NCBI GenBank assembly: GCA_964477195.1
Contig: CAYZCX010000005.1
Location: 11,832-75,831 of the forward strand
DNA from: an uncultured Candidatus Saccharibacteria bacterium
GTDB taxonomy: Bacteria; Patescibacteriota; Saccharimonadia; Saccharimonadales; Saccharimonadaceae
Direction of reading: 5' to 3'
DNA: 64,000 nucleotides
Shown one piece after another: positions 48,065 to 56,340 of this stretch. Position 1 is the stretch's first letter; each line of letters starts with the position of its first letter. The position numbers and the translations under genes are program-made. Under the pieces are notes generated by a model. It was not told the origin of the DNA. It did no database searches and worked only from the letters and a program-made list of their open reading frames with translations.

Positions 48065-48200
48065 TATTGAGACTACCTTTCGCGTTATTGCGTTAAAAAC
48101 ATACACACATCATACCATAAGCACTTCTAATCACCAGATTATCGCGCATAGCCTACAATTAAACTATAATGACCTTAGGATTATAAGCAGGAAAAATATC

Positions 48201-48881
48201 ATGACTCTCGAACAACTGGGCGGATCAAACGGGGAAGTTATCAGTGAAGATAACGAGGCCGAAATTGGTGCGGCATTCCATGACATTCACAAAACATTTA
48301 CATACTACGAAGAAGATCTGGAGAGGCTAGAGCAACAGACCACAGAACTCCATCTTGCAGACCTCGATGATGATATAGAGAATCTCAGATCTCCATCTCA
48401 AACACCGACTGTGTCTGAGCAGTTACGCATATTCTCCGAAGAAATTCCTCCCATTTTAAAGAGGGCAAACACAATGGTTGACGAATATTTTGGTCAAGAT
48501 AGTAAGAAGGTGCGAAATGCGGTGAATCATGCGGTCGAGAGTACTGCCGCACTCGAAGCCGAAAGTCCGCGTAGTAGTGTCGTGGAAGCATCTAAACAGG
48601 CGTGCGAAAAGGTCGTGCATATTCTCACAAGCCCGGCAGACCCAGAGGCGGCAGTCAGTAAGCAGTTTGCGGAACTCGAGCTTACCCCTGACCTAGAAAG
48701 GGCCGTCGAGCTCCTAGAAGATGCGATCGCCACACCTCCGTCCAGCCCCGGTGACCGAGAGGATCTTGCGGACGCCATAGAAAAACTACGAAAACACGTC
48801 GATGGATTTAGTAATCTCGCTCAGCCCGTATCTAAAATTATTGATGTCTCAAAAGAAATGCTGAGCGCACTCACACAGTAG
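48201..48881 (+). CDS. hypothetical acidic helical protein
   Basis: ATG 48201 (MTLEQLGG) chosen inside tracked ORF 47964-48881, because the upstream part overlaps the TauD-like gene. Confidence 0.55.
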   Translation: MTLEQLGGSNGEVISEDNEAEIGAAFHDIHKTFTYYEEDLERLEQQTTELHLADLDDDIENLRSPSQTPTVSEQLRIFSEEIPPILKRANTMVDEYFGQDSKKVRNAVNHAVESTAALEAESPRSSVVEASKQACEKVVHILTSPADPEAAVSKQFAELELTPDLERAVELLEDAIATPPSSPGDREDLADAIEKLRKHVDGFSNLAQPVSKIIDVSKEMLSALTQ

Positions 48882-48986
48882 CAAGAGTCATTATTCGGAC
48901 ATGACAGAGCCCCGCATACGGCGAGGATGTCATAACATACTGTCATTCACATTCGGCAGTGCGGGGCAAGGGAAGTAGTTGAACGA

Positions 48987-49334
48987 TCAAACGACGGCAG
49001 GAAGGACCTCAAGAGTGAGTTGAGCCTCCTGAGAATCCTTACGAACCTGCACTACATAGCGCCGTCCGATTTCGCCAATCTTCTCTTTTGTCGGTGTGCC
49101 AATCATGGTCGCACCCACCAGCGGCGATTTGTCGAGCGCACCACCGATGACCGCTTTGATCTTTGCGTCGTTGGTTGTCGAGCTGAGTCTCATGACCTGC
49201 TGAACGATAATCGCACCGTTCAGCTTCACGGTCACGGTCATTTTCTTGCGCATGACGAGTGTCTTCACGACGACTACGACCAGCCAAAGAAGCAGGACAC
49301 CGACGCCAATCCACGCGACAGTTGGAAAATCCAT
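48987..49334 (-). CDS. membrane-anchored hypothetical protein
   Basis: N-terminal TM VAWIGVGVLLLWLVVVVV; 115 aa. Confidence 0.55.
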   Translation of the reverse strand: MDFPTVAWIGVGVLLLWLVVVVVKTLVMRKKMTVTVKLNGAIIVQQVMRLSSTTNDAKIKAVIGGALDKSPLVGATMIGTPTKEKIGEIGRRYVVQVRKDSQEAQLTLEVLPAVV

Positions 49335-49461
49335 AACTACTCCTCACATTGACCTGAGGATATCTCAGAAATCATAAATTACTGTACCATATACAAAAGT
49401 ATCGTCAAATCATTAAATCCAACTTTATTTTTATTTCAATTAAAAGCGATATACTAGTTAT

Positions 49462-50142
49462 ATGAACAAAACGGAGCTTGTCTGGAGGGAGCGCACCTCG
49501 GAGTTAGAATCTATAGCTTCGATATGGACATGTAATGCATCGGAGGTGACATCGCGTACCGTGCTGGCCGATCCATGTATTTCTATCGTCTTCGTAAAAA
49601 GTGTCGACAGTGCAGAAATAATACTACGCGGGCCCGAGACTAAACCGCGCGACGAAGTACTTTTACCAGGCTATACCTGGACGGCGATTCGCCTGCAGCC
49701 AGGTGTGCAGTTGAAAAATTTCCCCGTTCAACGGTTTATTGACGACTTCCTGGCATTACCCGCCAACGGCCAAGGACAGTTTGAATTTGAGGGGGCTCAA
49801 CTACAATTTCCTCACTTTCATAATGCCGAATTACTTATTAAACAAATGGATGAGTTGGGCTACATAAGTGGCAAAATTATAGATAGTAAGGAACACCCTA
49901 AGCAAGGTCTCTCGTCCAAAAGCTACTCTCGCCTAGTTAAGCGAACTACCGGTCTATCGCCCTACAAGCTCCTTCAGTTACAACGGATACATGAGGCGCT
50001 ACAGTTACTAAAACAAGGCATGTCGGCAACAACCGTCGCGGCGGATCTCGGCTTCGTCGACCAGGCCCATCTCACTCGCGCCGCAAAGCAATTCTTAGGC
50101 CATACGCCCAAAGAACTTCTCAATCTCCCTCAAAAACCATAA
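49462..50142 (+). CDS. AraC family transcriptional regulator
   Basis: C-terminal double HTH: SYSRLVKRTTGLSPYKLLQLQRIHEAL..L......VAADLGFVDQAHLTRAAKQFLGHTP. Confidence 0.8.
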   Translation: MNKTELVWRERTSELESIASIWTCNASEVTSRTVLADPCISIVFVKSVDSAEIILRGPETKPRDEVLLPGYTWTAIRLQPGVQLKNFPVQRFIDDFLALPANGQGQFEFEGAQLQFPHFHNAELLIKQMDELGYISGKIIDSKEHPKQGLSSKSYSRLVKRTTGLSPYKLLQLQRIHEALQLLKQGMSATTVAADLGFVDQAHLTRAAKQFLGHTPKELLNLPQKP

Positions 50143-50169
50143 AAATGTCCAAAATATCCAATATTTATA
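50141..50169 (+). promoter_or_regulatory. 29-nt operator/promoter-like element, copy 1
   Basis: AAAAATGTCCAAAATATCCAATATTTATA; contains the direct repeat TCCAAAAT/TCCAATAT; 28/29 identical to 52285-52313. Confidence 0.5.
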
Positions 50170-50221
50170 GCGACTGGCCCGTCATAGTCATCACCATACC
50201 GTTATAAAGAAAGGATATATC

Positions 50222-50824
50222 ATGAGAAAAATCACCGTATTAATGATGGTCACGATAGACGGCGTCATGCAATCACCCAGCGAGCCAGAAGAAGACACGT
50301 CGCTAGGTTTTAAACTTGGCGGCTGGGCCGTGCCGTTTGTTGATGGGGCGCTCGGCGAAATTATCGATAAAGAGATGAGCGAGTCGTTCGACATGCTGCT
50401 TGGCACCAAAACGTACGGGATATTTGCAGCGTACTGGCCAAAGCAGTCTGGCACCATCGCCGATGCGTTCAACAAAGCAACCAAATATGTCGTGTCAGAC
50501 AAGCCAGTTGATCTTTCGTGGAAAGAGTCGATCGGCATCACGGGAGATGTCGTGTCGAAGCTTAAAACTCTCAAGCAAGAGGATGGACCGATGCTGCAAG
50601 TGTGGGGAAGTGGGAAGCTCATCCAAACATTGCTAAAGAATGATCTCGTGGATGAACTGCGGCTTCGAATCTTCCCGGTCACAGTGGGGAGCGGCCAGCG
50701 CTTATTTGCGGAAGGAACTATTCCGGCCTCATTTGAGCTTACTGAGTCCGGTGCTTTGTCGAATGGTATCATTATCGCTAACTACAAAAGAGCTGGCGAA
50801 TTCAAGACTGGTTCAATGAAATAG
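50222..50824 (+). CDS. dihydrofolate reductase family protein (RibD C-terminal domain)
   Basis: MRKITVLMMVTIDGVMQSP...GTKTY..F..YWP...LQVWGSGKLIQTLLKNDLVDELRLRIFPV. Confidence 0.85.
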   Translation: MRKITVLMMVTIDGVMQSPSEPEEDTSLGFKLGGWAVPFVDGALGEIIDKEMSESFDMLLGTKTYGIFAAYWPKQSGTIADAFNKATKYVVSDKPVDLSWKESIGITGDVVSKLKTLKQEDGPMLQVWGSGKLIQTLLKNDLVDELRLRIFPVTVGSGQRLFAEGTIPASFELTESGALSNGIIIANYKRAGEFKTGSMK

Positions 50825-50833
50825 GAATAAATT

Positions 50834-52252
50834 ATGAAACAAGTAATAGATAAACTCACAAGACCGAAATACATACTTTGGGCGATTCTGGCACTCGTGC
50901 TGCTGGCTGACGCCCTAGATGTGATCGATGCAACAATTACAAACATTGCCGCACCTACCATCGCGAATGAACTTGGTGGTGGCGTCGGCCTCATTAAGTG
51001 GCTTGGACCGGCCTACATGCTCGCCATGGGTGTCCTGCTCGTCGTCGGGGGACGGCTCGGTGACAAGTTCGGTCAGCGCAGGCTTTTCCTCATCGGTATG
51101 GGTGGATTCACTCTCGCCTCAGCGGTCGCCGGATTATCACCCGACCCGACCCTGCTGATCATCGCCCGAGTTGCCCAAGGAGCGTTCGGCGCGCTGCTCA
51201 TTCCGCAGGGTATGGCCATCATGACAAAAACATTTGATAATGAAATGCTCGGCAAGGCCTTTGGCCTGTTTGGTCCGGTACTTGGTATTTCAAGCGTTAT
51301 CGGCCCGGTCCTGGCTGGGTTCATCATTAATGCCAACTTATTCGGTCTGTCATGGCGTCCGATTTTTCTCCTCAACCTTATCCTTGGCACCGTGGGGCTG
51401 ATCGTCGCAGCCAAGATTCTACCGCGCGATGAAGGGGACCGGTCGGTCGTTATCGATAGCTGGGCATCCGGGTTGCTTGCGGGCACTATGCTCGGGCTAC
51501 TATACGGCCTCATTGAGGGTTCAACCACTGGCTGGAGCGCTATTCCTATCATCTCAATCGTTGTCGGCATGGCGTTTTTCGTCGCCTTTGCCTATCGTCA
51601 GCACACCGCAGCCCATCCACTCATCAAGCATTCGCTCTTCAAGAACCGAGGCTTCACCTCTGGAATGCTTGTAGGACTCGTCGGTTTCGCTGCTGGTACT
51701 GGTCTGATTTTCGTCTTGTCGCTGTTTATGCAGCTAGGAATGCACCTCAACGCACAGGATACTTCGCTTGGTCTCGTGCCACTAACCTTAGGGCTTATTG
51801 GTGCCGGATTCGCCGCCATGGGTGGCCTAGTGACGAAACTCGGACGCAAGCTTGTCTTCATTGGCCTCGCCATCAACCTCATCGGTTGTGGCTGGGTTCT
51901 CGCCCTAGTTGCCTACGCCGGGACAGGCGTGAGTATTTGGGCATTGATCCCAGCATTGTTCATTATTGGCGTAGGTATTGGCCTGTCATTCGCCACGATT
52001 CCTACAGTGGCACTCGGCGACGCAAAGCCCGATGAAGCTGGCAGCGCCAGCGGTGCATTTAGCTCCATGCAACAGCTCGCCTCAGCGATTGGGTCAGCCG
52101 CGGTCACCTCGGTCTTTTTCCAGGCAGCAACATCCGGGCTAGACCATGCGATGATAATAGCTCTTATCGTCGTACTAGGCTTTACGATACTCAGTATTCC
52201 ATTTGTCGTTCTGATGCCTCGCAAGGCAGCCGCAGAATCTGTCGGCGAATAG
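50834..52252 (+). CDS. MFS transporter (14-TM DHA2/EmrB-QacA-like)
   Basis: 472 aa, about 14 hydrophobic segments, GGRLGDKFGQRRLF motif A. Confidence 0.88.
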   Translation: MKQVIDKLTRPKYILWAILALVLLADALDVIDATITNIAAPTIANELGGGVGLIKWLGPAYMLAMGVLLVVGGRLGDKFGQRRLFLIGMGGFTLASAVAGLSPDPTLLIIARVAQGAFGALLIPQGMAIMTKTFDNEMLGKAFGLFGPVLGISSVIGPVLAGFIINANLFGLSWRPIFLLNLILGTVGLIVAAKILPRDEGDRSVVIDSWASGLLAGTMLGLLYGLIEGSTTGWSAIPIISIVVGMAFFVAFAYRQHTAAHPLIKHSLFKNRGFTSGMLVGLVGFAAGTGLIFVLSLFMQLGMHLNAQDTSLGLVPLTLGLIGAGFAAMGGLVTKLGRKLVFIGLAINLIGCGWVLALVAYAGTGVSIWALIPALFIIGVGIGLSFATIPTVALGDAKPDEAGSASGAFSSMQQLASAIGSAAVTSVFFQAATSGLDHAMIIALIVVLGFTILSIPFVVLMPRKAAAESVGE

Positions 52253-52284
52253 ATTAACGAGAATACCCGCTACGAGTTGCGCGA

Positions 52285-52313
52285 AAAAATGTCCAAAATG
52301 TCCAATATTTATA
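52285..52313 (+). promoter_or_regulatory. 29-nt operator/promoter-like element, copy 2
   Basis: AAAAATGTCCAAAATGTCCAATATTTATA upstream of the second RibD_C paralog. Confidence 0.5.
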
Positions 52314-52367
52314 CCTTCAGGTCATTATAATAACTATTGTAAAACTACAAAAAGAAAGGATTACATT

Positions 52368-52970
52368 ATGAGAAAAATAATTGTGACAACAACAATTTCA
52401 CTAGACGGTGTCATGCAAGGACCAGGCGGTGCCGAGGAAGATACGTCGGGTGGATTCAAATACGGTGGCTGGGCCGGGTCATTCGGCGACGATGTTTTTA
52501 ACGAAGAATTTGCCAAAGAATTAGCGCCATCAGACTATCTTTTGGGTAAAACGACTTACGATATTTTTGCCGGCTACTGGCCGCAACATGCCGACTGGTG
52601 GCCTGGCATCGGTGATGGCATGAAGTATGTCGTTTCAGATAAAGAGGTGGATCTTGGCTGGAAAAACACCCAACTGATTACCGGCGACGACATCTTAGGG
52701 CAAATCAAAAAAGTTAAAGAATCAGAGGGTGCCGATCTGCAAGTATGGGGAAGCGGGCAATTAGTCCAATTACTCCTAAAGAACGACCTCGTAGATGAGC
52801 TGTGGCTCAAGATCATTCCTGTCACGCTCGGTCCAGGCAAAAGACTGTTTGGCGACGGAACTATGCCAGTAGCCTTCAAGCTAATCCATAGTACTGTGAC
52901 GCCAGGCGGTGTGACGATGAACCGCTATGCGCGCGATGGCGACATCAAGCTCAGTACAATCGAAATTTAA
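52368..52970 (+). CDS. dihydrofolate reductase family protein (RibD C-terminal domain), paralog
   Basis: Same length (200 aa) and colinear motifs with 50222-50824. Confidence 0.85.
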   Translation: MRKIIVTTTISLDGVMQGPGGAEEDTSGGFKYGGWAGSFGDDVFNEEFAKELAPSDYLLGKTTYDIFAGYWPQHADWWPGIGDGMKYVVSDKEVDLGWKNTQLITGDDILGQIKKVKESEGADLQVWGSGQLVQLLLKNDLVDELWLKIIPVTLGPGKRLFGDGTMPVAFKLIHSTVTPGGVTMNRYARDGDIKLSTIEI

Positions 52971-52996
52971 CTCGATAACTGTCGTGTCAGAATATA

Positions 52997-53024
52997 AAAG
53001 AGTCCGAATCTCGGACTCTTTTTG
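52997..53024 (+). terminator. rho-independent terminator
   Basis: AAAGAGTCCGA 52997-53007 / TCGGACTCTTT 53011-21 followed by T-run. Confidence 0.8.
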
Positions 53025-53178
53025 CTACCTCGTGTAAAACCGGTGACGGTCGCTAGAACGTACCGCTCTTCGACCATATGCTTTTATCAGACTTTTTATA
53101 TTAACTTCGAGCCCTTGATTACATAGGACAATAATTATATCCTACATACGTCTACTACTTTATGATGAGGTGATGTAG

Positions 53179-54072
53179 TTGAGAAACATTTTGCAAGCCA
53201 CCACGGGATTGACTGTGGGAGCGGGGGCCATTGTCGCGATCGACAGTAGCCTTGGCATATTGAGAGGAGGCGATAGCAACCCAAAGATCGTACGGATTGA
53301 GCGTCAACCAGACGCACCAAATCGTCTCATCGTCCTCTTCCACGGCTACAATGGTCACGGCAAATCTCTTGTTTGGCTTCTGGGCCCCACTTTGTCGGCC
53401 TACGGTACCGTTGTAGGGTTCGAGCCCACAGGTGCTCGGTACGACAACGAAAAAGTCCTGGATGCTGCCGATGAGACAGTCAGTAGCTATTCTTCAGACG
53501 AGATCATAGCATACGGTGAATCATTTGGCAGCATGACAGTAGCCGACTGGCTACGCCGGCACCCCTCGCTCTTTCTGAAGTCCTGGGTACTGAACGCATC
53601 CCCGAGCGGATTGAGTGATGCTCTAGGTGCCGGTAGTTGGGTGAAGGTTTTTGACTGGCTCCATGGTGGACCTCTTTCGACCGCACTGCTTCGCTTGGGG
53701 CAGCGCCACGGAATGAGCTTGCCATCACTCGAGCCCAATGCAAGTGTCGAAGCTATGGAGCTAGCGTGTCAGTTGGCGCTCCAGATCACGGCGCCGATGA
53801 TATTCGGCGAGGTAAGCTACATTAGGAACTTCACTCCGCCACGTCCTGGTGAATTCGCCGGGCGAGTAGAAGCCTCGCGGTATATCCATGCACCTGCTCC
53901 TCGGGGTCACGATGGGCGCATTAGGGTAGGCGACGCGTCTCCGGTCTGGAAATCCGCTCTCGGTGCTGCGAACTTCCAGAATATCGTTGTCGATTCTTGG
54001 GAAGAAGAAACTCACACTCCAACCGCGGAACGTCCGAGCGGTGTCCTCGATCAGCTTATTGCCGTATTGTAG
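53179..54072 (+). CDS. alpha/beta hydrolase fold protein (GC-rich)
   Basis: LIVLFHGYNGHG and nucleophile elbow GESFGS (GxSxG); TTG start after GAGGTG. Confidence 0.6.
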   Translation: MRNILQATTGLTVGAGAIVAIDSSLGILRGGDSNPKIVRIERQPDAPNRLIVLFHGYNGHGKSLVWLLGPTLSAYGTVVGFEPTGARYDNEKVLDAADETVSSYSSDEIIAYGESFGSMTVADWLRRHPSLFLKSWVLNASPSGLSDALGAGSWVKVFDWLHGGPLSTALLRLGQRHGMSLPSLEPNASVEAMELACQLALQITAPMIFGEVSYIRNFTPPRPGEFAGRVEASRYIHAPAPRGHDGRIRVGDASPVWKSALGAANFQNIVVDSWEEETHTPTAERPSGVLDQLIAVL

Positions 54073-54077
54073 TAGAC

Positions 54078-54120
54078 GAAAGCCCCGTCTCCATTAGTCA
54101 GGTGGAGACGGGGTTTCATC
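54078..54120 (+). terminator. rho-independent terminator
   Basis: CCCCGTCTCCA 54083-93 / TGGAGACGGGG 54103-13 followed by TTT. Confidence 0.75.
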
Positions 54121-54484
54121 ATACTTGCACTATTTTCAAATATATTTCTATAGTATAATCACGTTTAAGTAACCGGGATTGGAGCACCATAGTATTGGTG
54201 AGTATGTCTCTATTTTGAGAGCTTGTCCCTGTTGCGGATCGTTAACATCCAAAACTGTAATTAGGAGTGGCCGTTATGGCACGTAATGTGCAGCTCGTGG
54301 TCATCGACCCGCAGTACGACTTCATGGACTACCCCGACTCGGCGCTGCCGGTGCCGGGTGCTCACGACGACATGGTGCAGCTGGCCGCGATGGTCGACCG
54401 TATCGGCAACAAGCTGGATGACATCCACGTGACGCTCGACAGCCACCAGCTCGTTGACGTCGGCCACCCCACTTTCCAAACCGC

Positions 54485-54515
54485 AAAAAGCACCTTCTTA
54501 CAAAGGTGCTTTTTG
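54485..54515 (+). terminator. rho-independent terminator
   Basis: AAAAAGCACC 54485-94 / GGTGCTTTTT 54505-14. Confidence 0.7.
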
Positions 54516-54533
54516 ATAATTTCCATGGCTGGG
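54516..54533. repeat. partial duplicate of tRNA-Gln 3' end plus flank (att-like direct repeat)
   Basis: ATAATTTC(C)ATGGCTGGG at 54516-54533 versus ATAATTTCATGGCTGGG at 55208-55224: 17 matches with one 1-nt indel. Confidence 0.4.
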
Positions 54534-54647
54534 CATAAAGAACGATTATAGAACCTTGATAGGAACGGATGACCTGGATTTTGTCGAAAAAGTTAGTCAG
54601 GAAGCTGATCTATTTATGATAAACCCAATCCCTCTGACAAATGATAA

Positions 54648-55055
54648 TCACGAAAACGCGTAAGGCATGAGTTCATCTGCCTCTATCACCTCTAGCTTCC
54701 CACTATTATCTATTATGACCTTCAACGGCGTATTATAGCTAAAAAGCTGGCGGCACCATCCACAGCCATTAACAACTTCAAATGAGTCGGTTCCAGGGAA
54801 ATACTTTACGCCGACAACAGTGTCAAAATCATGCTCACCGTCGTTCAAGGCGGCATATATAGCCATTGTTTCGGCACAGGCACTGGTATTACGCACACGG
54901 TATTTCAGATTAATTCCTGTATATATCTTGCCGCTTTTTGTTCGTAATGCACCGCCGATACTAATAAAGTCTTCTTGAAACCGTTCTTTCGCATGTTTGG
55001 CCGCAATTTCAATAAGCTCAGTATCTTTAGGGTTTAGGGATGATTTATCTTGCAT
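54648..55055 (-). CDS. cdd: cytidine deaminase (small homotetrameric type)
   Basis: Zinc motifs CAETMAI (CAE) and GCGWCRQ (PCGxCRQ-like); 135 aa. Confidence 0.85.
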   Translation of the reverse strand: MQDKSSLNPKDTELIEIAAKHAKERFQEDFISIGGALRTKSGKIYTGINLKYRVRNTSACAETMAIYAALNDGEHDFDTVVGVKYFPGTDSFEVVNGCGWCRQLFSYNTPLKVIIDNSGKLEVIEADELMPYAFS

Positions 55056-55162
55056 GTTATCAGTATATCAAAATGAGCTTCTTCTGGAGTTACATAAAAC
55101 AAACCGCGAATATTTCATGATCTGAAAAGTTTGGTTATACTATACGCCCCAAAATAACCAAA

Positions 55163-55196
55163 CCAAAAATACCTCATCCTACAGAGGTATTTTTGG
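55163..55196 (-). terminator. hairpin terminator downstream of tRNA-Gln
   Basis: CCAAAAATACCTC 55163-75 / GAGGTATTTTTGG 55184-96. Confidence 0.7.
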
Positions 55197-55216
55197 AATT
55201 GATAAATATAATTTCA

Positions 55217-55291
55217 TGGCTGGGGTGGAGGGATTCGAACCCCCGAATGCATGGACCAAAACCATGTGCCTTACCACTTGGCGACACCCCA
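55217..55291 (-). tRNA. tRNA-Gln (anticodon UUG)
   Basis: Reverse complement is TGGGGTG TC GCCAAGTGGTAAGGC A CATGG TTTTGGT CCATG CATTC GGGGG TTCGAAT CCCTC CACCCCA G CCA. It folds as a cloverleaf with U1-A72 and is close to E. coli tRNA-Gln. Confidence 0.93.
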
Positions 55292-55428
55292 ATAGCCCTG
55301 TTAGTATACCATATTCTCCATTTTTTAGACTAGCTTCTCATAGGTCAAGGTTATGAAAAAGTGATTAAGCTCACGAAATTGTAATCATAATTGATTTTCT
55401 AGAAATCAGGCCTTGGTATACTGGTTAT

Positions 55429-55869
55429 GTGACTACTGCACTTGAAAATGAGTTGTGCCCTCGCTGTGGACAGCGAGACAATCGGGCGGTGACCGTTACC
55501 GCGGTTTTCGTTCGCCACGGGAAGATCCTTTTGACAAAGCGAGAGGAGGAGCCGCACGCAGGCCACTGGTCGCTTCTCAGCGGATATGTCGAGAAAGGCC
55601 AAACGACAGTTCAGGCAGCCATCGCCGGAAGCTGGGAAAAAGCGCGCATGTACGGCCAAAATCCTGTGCTCATCGGGGTTTTCGACGACCCTGGTCGTCA
55701 TCCCAAGCAGGAGATTTCGGTTGCTTACGCTTTTGCCGCCGACGATGGAGCCCACTTTTCCACGGGCGATCCACGAGAGGCCGAGGTGGGGTGGTTCGAT
55801 CCCCACAGCTTGCCGCCACTCGCGTTCGACCACGCCAAGATCATCGCCACACTGGTGGCGCGTCAGTAA
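55429..55869 (+). CDS. NUDIX-fold protein with degenerate Nudix box (GC-rich)
   Basis: GHWSLLSGYVEKGQTTVQAAIAGSWEKA aligns to GGxxExGEx7REx2EExG, but most acidic positions are replaced; GTG start. Confidence 0.6.
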   Translation: MTTALENELCPRCGQRDNRAVTVTAVFVRHGKILLTKREEEPHAGHWSLLSGYVEKGQTTVQAAIAGSWEKARMYGQNPVLIGVFDDPGRHPKQEISVAYAFAADDGAHFSTGDPREAEVGWFDPHSLPPLAFDHAKIIATLVARQ

Positions 55870-55918
55870 TCACCAGTACCCGTTTGCAGCCAGCAGGCGG
55901 GTACCCCTACCAAATATA

Positions 55919-55947
55919 TTGACTTTATATTCAAAAAGTGTTATGAT
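55919..55947 (+). promoter_or_regulatory. sigma70-like promoter TTGACT-N17-TATGAT
   Basis: TTGACT 55919-24, TATGAT 55942-47. Confidence 0.5.
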
Positions 55948-55993
55948 CGCTTAGCCAAAACAGGCTATTCATCTGAAGAAGGGAAGCTTCAGG

Positions 55994-56284
55994 GTGGCAA
56001 CGTTACCCAGTGAGTTTTTCAGGATGCGCAACATGGAAGATCCGCGTCGGCTCGAGCGCTCCATCAGGGAGCTCGACGCTCCCGGCACTGCCGTGGAGAT
56101 ACTCGAGGCCAAGGTCGAGGCATACCTGGCCCGTGCTCCGCGGAGTGCTGAGCCCGTTGAAGTTCCGATGGACAACGAGCCCATGGGCGTCCGTGGCGCC
56201 GTTATCAGCAAGTACGAGCATCTGACCTGGCTGGTCGAAGACATCGGCGGCCCGCCGGGCAAGCGGTGCCTCCGCTTCTCCTGA
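55994..56284 (+). CDS. hypothetical protein (GC-rich ORFan)
   Basis: 96-aa ORF followed by a +strand terminator; several overlapping frames are open here, so the exact start is uncertain. Confidence 0.45.
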   Translation: MATLPSEFFRMRNMEDPRRLERSIRELDAPGTAVEILEAKVEAYLARAPRSAEPVEVPMDNEPMGVRGAVISKYEHLTWLVEDIGGPPGKRCLRFS

Positions 56285-56293
56285 TATCAGATG

Positions 56294-56331
56294 AATAAGG
56301 CCGATCCCATCGCGGATCGGCCTTATTTTTT
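56294..56331 (+). terminator. rho-independent terminator
   Basis: AATAAGGCCGATCC 56294-307 / GGATCGGCCTTATT 56314-27 followed by TTTT. Confidence 0.8.
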
Positions 56332-56340
56332 GGCCTCATT

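Larger units (their letters stand above)
54276..54551 (+). pseudogene. 5' fragment of an isochorismatase/nicotinamidase-family (cysteine hydrolase) gene
   Basis: MARNVQLVVIDPQYDF...ALPVPGA... matches the family N-terminus. GC-rich, family-like sequence stops near 54476. The remaining reading frame runs through a terminator in AT-rich DNA. Confidence 0.55.

Noticed and set aside
48898-48914. 17-mer GACATGACAGA(G/A)CCCCG shared by 48898-48914 and 58258-58275, both just after + strand stops in convergent gene gaps
   Set aside because: A 17-mer with one mismatch is expected several times by chance in a 64-kb self-comparison (my rough estimate is about 10). Both copies are simply parts of different local hairpins. 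I did not treat it as a repeat family.
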